A stretch of DNA of 64,000 bases from positions 7,250 to 71,249 of the forward strand of contig JARXAC010000026.1 in assembly GCA_029866065.1 (NCBI GenBank), in the 5' to 3' direction. The position numbers and the translations under genes are program-made. Position 1 is the first letter of the stretch. Every line of letters starts with the position of its first letter. The notes beneath the pieces were generated by a model. That model worked only from the letters and a program-made list of their open reading frames with translations, made no database searches and had not been told where the DNA came from. The DNA comes from Flavobacterium sp. Lineage in GTDB: Bacteria; Bacteroidota; Bacteroidia; Flavobacteriales; Flavobacteriaceae. This document shows, one piece after another, positions 59,839-64,000 of this stretch.

Positions 59839-61428
59839 CTATAATGTTAGAATCGTAAAATTATTCTCTAAAGGTTTTAAATCATTATATAAATTTGAAA
59901 TCAGTGTTTTTCCTGTTTCCAAATAAAATTCTGAAAAATTAGTATGTCTTTCTTGCAAACTTTGATTGGGAAATAATTCGTTTTGTAAGTTGATGATTCG
60001 CTCTAATTCCAATTCGTATTTCTTTTTTTGCGCTTTTAAAAATCGCTTTTCTAAATTTTCTAACCCCTTTATTTGCTTTGCTTCTTGTGCTTTTACAGCA
60101 CCAAGAAAAGATTTGTCTGTTTGACTTGCAATGGTATGTAAATCTGAGAATTGCTTTTGCAATGCGATTTTCTGTACGGAAAAATCAATTGGAATTTCAG
60201 TTATCTCATTTACTTTTTGATTTATAAGTACTTCTTGTTTTGCAAATAATTGCTCCCAATTTAATTGTAATTTTTCCATTTTATCCTTTTGTTTTTTGGT
60301 AACTAAAAGAGCTGAATTTCTTAATAATAAAATAGGAAAGGTACATTTATAGGCTTCAAATGTTGATTTTAATTCTAGCCAATACGCAATTTCTCCACCG
60401 CCGCCAATGTAACCTATATTGGGCAAAATCACTTCTTGATATAAAGGTCTTAGAATTACATTGGGGCTAAATTTTTCTGGATTGGTTTCTAATAATTCTA
60501 TTAATCCATTTTGTGAAAAGGTAGTTTTGGTATTATTTATTTTAAATACATCCTCTTCAAATAAAATTCGTTCACGTAAATTATCCTCTATATAAAATAG
60601 ATTTATTTCTCGAGGATTTACTTGAATTGGATATTTCTTAAGTTTTTTTAATGTATCGCTAACGTATTTATATGAAGTATTTTGTAATAGTTCCTCTTTA
60701 ATATATGGAATAAATTGCTTTTTTAATTCGGAGTTGTCAGCATCAATAATTACCAAACCGTAAGTTCCAAAAAGTTCATTTGCCAATTTACGTGTTGCAT
60801 TGGCTAACGAATCAATATTTTCGTAAGTGCTTTCAAACAGTTTTTTTATTTCATTGCCATTCGAGCCAGATCCTAATTCTTTCTCAAATACCGATAGTAT
60901 TTCTTGAAGTCCATCTGTAGAAAGTCTTCCCACTGGTCCAGTACTTTCTTTATTCCATTTGAATTTCTTTCCTCTAAAATTAAAGTAATTTATTTCTTCA
61001 AAATCGTGGTCTTCCGTTGCCATCCAATAAATAGGAACAAAATTATAGGAAGGGTATTTCTTCTTTAATTCCGCTGTTAATTTAATTGTTGAAATTATTT
61101 TATATAAAAAATAGAGAGGCCCAGTGAATAAATTTAGCTGATGACCAGTGGTAATCGTGAATGTATTTTCATCTAAAAGTGAGGCAATATTGTTCTTAGT
61201 TAATTCCGATATTGAAATGTTTTCATATTGCTCATTTAAAACAGTCACCACTATTTTTCGATTGTTTGAATTGAAATTTTGTTGTTTTTCCTTAATCTGA
61301 TTTTCGAAATTTTCAATTGTTGGGAATCGATTGTAAAATGATTGCAAGCTGGATTCCTGATTTAAATAATCATTCATCATTGGAGTGAAATATCCTGAAT
61401 TTTGATAGCTGATACAATCTGTTGGCAT
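59839..61428 (-). CDS. bshC: Bacillithiol biosynthesis cysteine-adding enzyme
   Basis: [46 protein letters not shown] and LQER. Confidence 0.93.
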   Translation of the reverse strand: MPTDCISYQNSGYFTPMMNDYLNQESSLQSFYNRFPTIENFENQIKEKQQNFNSNNRKIVVTVLNEQYENISISELTKNNIASLLDENTFTITTGHQLNLFTGPLYFLYKIISTIKLTAELKKKYPSYNFVPIYWMATEDHDFEEINYFNFRGKKFKWNKESTGPVGRLSTDGLQEILSVFEKELGSGSNGNEIKKLFESTYENIDSLANATRKLANELFGTYGLVIIDADNSELKKQFIPYIKEELLQNTSYKYVSDTLKKLKKYPIQVNPREINLFYIEDNLRERILFEEDVFKINNTKTTFSQNGLIELLETNPEKFSPNVILRPLYQEVILPNIGYIGGGGEIAYWLELKSTFEAYKCTFPILLLRNSALLVTKKQKDKMEKLQLNWEQLFAKQEVLINQKVNEITEIPIDFSVQKIALQKQFSDLHTIASQTDKSFLGAVKAQEAKQIKGLENLEKRFLKAQKKKYELELERIINLQNELFPNQSLQERHTNFSEFYLETGKTLISNLYNDLKPLENNFTILTL

Positions 61429-61675
61429 ATTTTTTATTTTGTGCTAAATTACAAAAAAAGTGAAACAATTTCTTGTATATTCATATTTGTAATTGGATAT
61501 TTGCAAGTATAGTTAGACAAAAATAGAATTAATACTTTGGTTAAATGGCGGAATAGAAACTGTAATTTTTAGTTTAAATGTTTCTGAAAACCTCATTTTT
61601 TTAAGATTTACCACTTTAATTTACTAATATTTTATTTTCACTCAATTTATAAGAAACTCAAAAATTAAATTTTTC

Positions 61676-63079
61676 ATGAAAAAAATCATCAATTTTATAT
61701 TTGTATTTTGTTCAATTTCAATGCTATATAGTCAAGATATTGCAGGTACTTGGAACGGAATATTAAAAGTTCAAGGAATGCAATTGAGTTTGGTTTTCCA
61801 TATCAATAAAACGGAAAAAGGATTTTCATCAACCCTGGACAGTCCGGATCAAAAAGCATTTGGAATGCCTGTTACAACAACTAATTTCGAAAATTCAAAG
61901 TTAATTATTGCTATTGCAAATCCTAGAATTGAATACGAAGGAATTTTAGGAACAGATGGAATTATCATTGGAACATTTAAACAATCTGGGCAAAGTTTCC
62001 CAATGAATTTATCGAAAGGAAAAGTGGAAAAAGAAGTAATTAAACGCCCACAAGAACCTAAAAAACCCTATTCTTATTACACTGAAGAGGTAGTTTTTGA
62101 AAATAAATCGGCCAATATAAATCTTGCAGGTACTCTTTCAATACCAACCAAAGAGGGTGTTTTTCCAGCAGTGATTTTAATTTCAGGAAGTGGCGCTCAA
62201 AATAGAGACGAAGAGTTATTAGGACACAAACCCTTTTTGGTAATTGCTGATTATTTAACTAAAAATGGAATTGCCGTTTTGCGTTTTGACGATAGAGGAA
62301 CGGCTATGTCAAAAGGGAATTATGCTACAGCAACTACTTTGGATTTTGCAACAGACGTAGAAGCAGCAGTACTATATTTACAGACAAGAAATGAAATTGA
62401 TCAGAAAAAGATTGGGTTAATTGGTCATAGTGAAGGTGGAATGATTGCACCTATAGTTGCTAGTAAATCAAAAAGGGTGTCTTTTATAGTTTTATTAGCA
62501 GGAACTGGAATTCCAGGAGACGAGCTGTTATTGTTACAACAAGAATTAATTGGAAAAGCATCAGGTATTAGTGAAAATGATTTAACCAAAATAAAATTAT
62601 CCAATTCTGAAATTTTTAATATTGTAAATAAAGCGACCAACCCGGATCAGATGAGAAAGGATATTACTGATCAAATCAACAAATCCATAAAGTCAGATCC
62701 AGAATCAAAAATCCCAGAGGGTATTAGTGAATCTGATTTTATAGATATGCAAGTGAGTCAATTACTAAGTCCTTGGATGCAATTTTTTATTAAATATAAT
62801 CCTGCATTGGCTTTAGAAAAAGTTAAATGCCCCGTATTAGCATTAAATGGAGATAAAGACATGCAAGTCCCATCAAAAGTTAATTTAGATGCCATAAATA
62901 ACGCGCTTGTAAAAGGGGGAAATAAGAAAGTAACTATTAAAGAATTACCAAATTTGAACCACTTATTTCAAGAATGTAAAACGGGTGCACCTCAAGAATA
63001 TTCAGAAATCGAACAAACATTTTCTCCTTTGGCATTGACTGAAATAGTAAATTGGATTCAAATTCAAACTAAGAAATAA
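61676..63079 (+). CDS. Exported alpha/beta hydrolase (S9/S15-like) with N-terminal beta domain
   Basis: Signal peptide, SGSGAQNRDE, DDRG, GHSEGG nucleophile, LNHLFQ. Confidence 0.9.
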   Translation: MKKIINFIFVFCSISMLYSQDIAGTWNGILKVQGMQLSLVFHINKTEKGFSSTLDSPDQKAFGMPVTTTNFENSKLIIAIANPRIEYEGILGTDGIIIGTFKQSGQSFPMNLSKGKVEKEVIKRPQEPKKPYSYYTEEVVFENKSANINLAGTLSIPTKEGVFPAVILISGSGAQNRDEELLGHKPFLVIADYLTKNGIAVLRFDDRGTAMSKGNYATATTLDFATDVEAAVLYLQTRNEIDQKKIGLIGHSEGGMIAPIVASKSKRVSFIVLLAGTGIPGDELLLLQQELIGKASGISENDLTKIKLSNSEIFNIVNKATNPDQMRKDITDQINKSIKSDPESKIPEGISESDFIDMQVSQLLSPWMQFFIKYNPALALEKVKCPVLALNGDKDMQVPSKVNLDAINNALVKGGNKKVTIKELPNLNHLFQECKTGAPQEYSEIEQTFSPLALTEIVNWIQIQTKK

Positions 63080-63125
63080 AAATCAGTTCGTTTTATTTTA
63101 GTTATTTTTGTCAAAAACAAATTAA

Positions 63126-64000
63126 TTGGAAAGCAACGTTTTTATTATCACCCCGCCGTTCACACAACTGAACACGCCTTATCCAGCGTCTGCCTACATC
63201 AAAGGTTTTTTGAATACACTTGATGTGCCAACCGTTCAAGCGGATTTGGGAATTGAGGTTATTTTAGAATTGTTTTCCAAAGAAGGACTAGACCCCCTAA
63301 CACCCAAAGGGGGAATTGAAAACTATTCGGAAAATTCGCAACGTATTTTTTCACTTTGGAACGAATACATAAAAACGATTGACAATGTAATTTCTTTTTT
63401 GCAAGGGAAAAATCCAACGTTAGCACTGCAAATTTGTCAAGGTGATTACTTGCCAGAAGCTTTTCGATTCAATCAATTAGAAGAAATGGATTGGGCATTT
63501 GGAACAATGGGAACTCAGGATAAAGCCAAGCATTTGGCCACTTTGTACTTGGAAGATATTTCTGATTTTATTGTAGAATGTATCGATGAAAATTTTGGTT
63601 TTAGCCGCTATGCCGAACGTTTGGGTCGAAGTGCCAATTCTTTCAATGAATTATACGATGCATTAAATCAAGAAACGACCTATATTGATAAGTTGTTGCT
63701 CTCGATTTTGAAATCTAAAATAGAAACAATTAAACCTTCTTTATTTCTTATCTCTGTTCCGTTTCCAGGGAATTTATATTCGGCTTTTCGATGTGCCCAA
63801 TGGGTAAAAAAACATTATCCGACAATTAAAATTGCAATGGGCGGTGGTTTTCCAAATACAGAATTACGTTCCCTTTCTGACAAACGAGTTTTTGAGTTTT
63901 TCGATTTTATTACGCTCGACGATGGCGAATTGCCATTGAAATTACTAATTGATAATTTGAATTTAAAAACCATTGGAGAATATAAAAGAACGTTTCTTTT
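63126..64000 (+). CDS. B12-binding-domain radical SAM protein (partial; TTG start; runs off the right edge)
   Basis: Not in the ORF track. Open frame MESNVFIITPPFTQLNTPYPASAYIKGFL...SVPFPGNLYSAFRCAQW...GGGFPNTELR; -7 box TATTTTTG at 63103-63110. The CX3CX2C motif would lie beyond the window. Confidence 0.85.
   Translation, partial: MESNVFIITPPFTQLNTPYPASAYIKGFLNTLDVPTVQADLGIEVILELFSKEGLDPLTPKGGIENYSENSQRIFSLWNEYIKTIDNVISFLQGKNPTLALQICQGDYLPEAFRFNQLEEMDWAFGTMGTQDKAKHLATLYLEDISDFIVECIDENFGFSRYAERLGRSANSFNELYDALNQETTYIDKLLLSILKSKIETIKPSLFLISVPFPGNLYSAFRCAQWVKKHYPTIKIAMGGGFPNTELRSLSDKRVFEFFDFITLDDGELPLKLLIDNLNLKTIGEYKRTFL
63291..63317 (+). repeat. REP-like arm (family D) inside the radical SAM coding sequence
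   Basis: GACCCCCTAACACCCAAAGGGGGAATT, translated as DPLTPKGGI. Confidence 0.8.

Overview
AT-rich, mostly core-genome window from a Flavobacterium-like Bacteroidota chromosome (TAnnTTTG -7 promoter boxes, A-rich start contexts, Flavobacteriaceae-type gene order). It holds about 58 CDS: katG, argS, ffh, folD, rluF, lpxK, gap, lipA, murB, recF, ribH, mutL, lepB, dapB, parAB, secA, rpmB-rpmG-DUF4295(bL38), ftsY, ndk, bshC and others. Four genes are missing from the ORF track: a partial large secreted protein at the left edge, a partial B12-binding radical SAM gene at the right edge, DUF4295/bL38, and a 36-aa basic sORF with its own promoter and terminator. I saw no prophage, IS transposase, CRISPR array, rRNA/tRNA or defence island, and I cannot claim a complete new multi-gene system. 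The most unusual signals are fine-scale: (i) a GC-rich palindromic REP-like element with six arms, three inside protein-coding sequence; (ii) a second, modular CAAAG repeat family that also seems to supply a promoter box and start codon; (iii) three genes with a -7 box exactly 4 nt before the ATG (candidate leaderless mRNAs); (iv) a probable deletion scar joining lpxK and gap tail to tail; (v) loss of zinc-ligand cysteines in the zinc-ribbon protein and the SecA C-terminal tail. Product calls come from motif recognition, not database searches.
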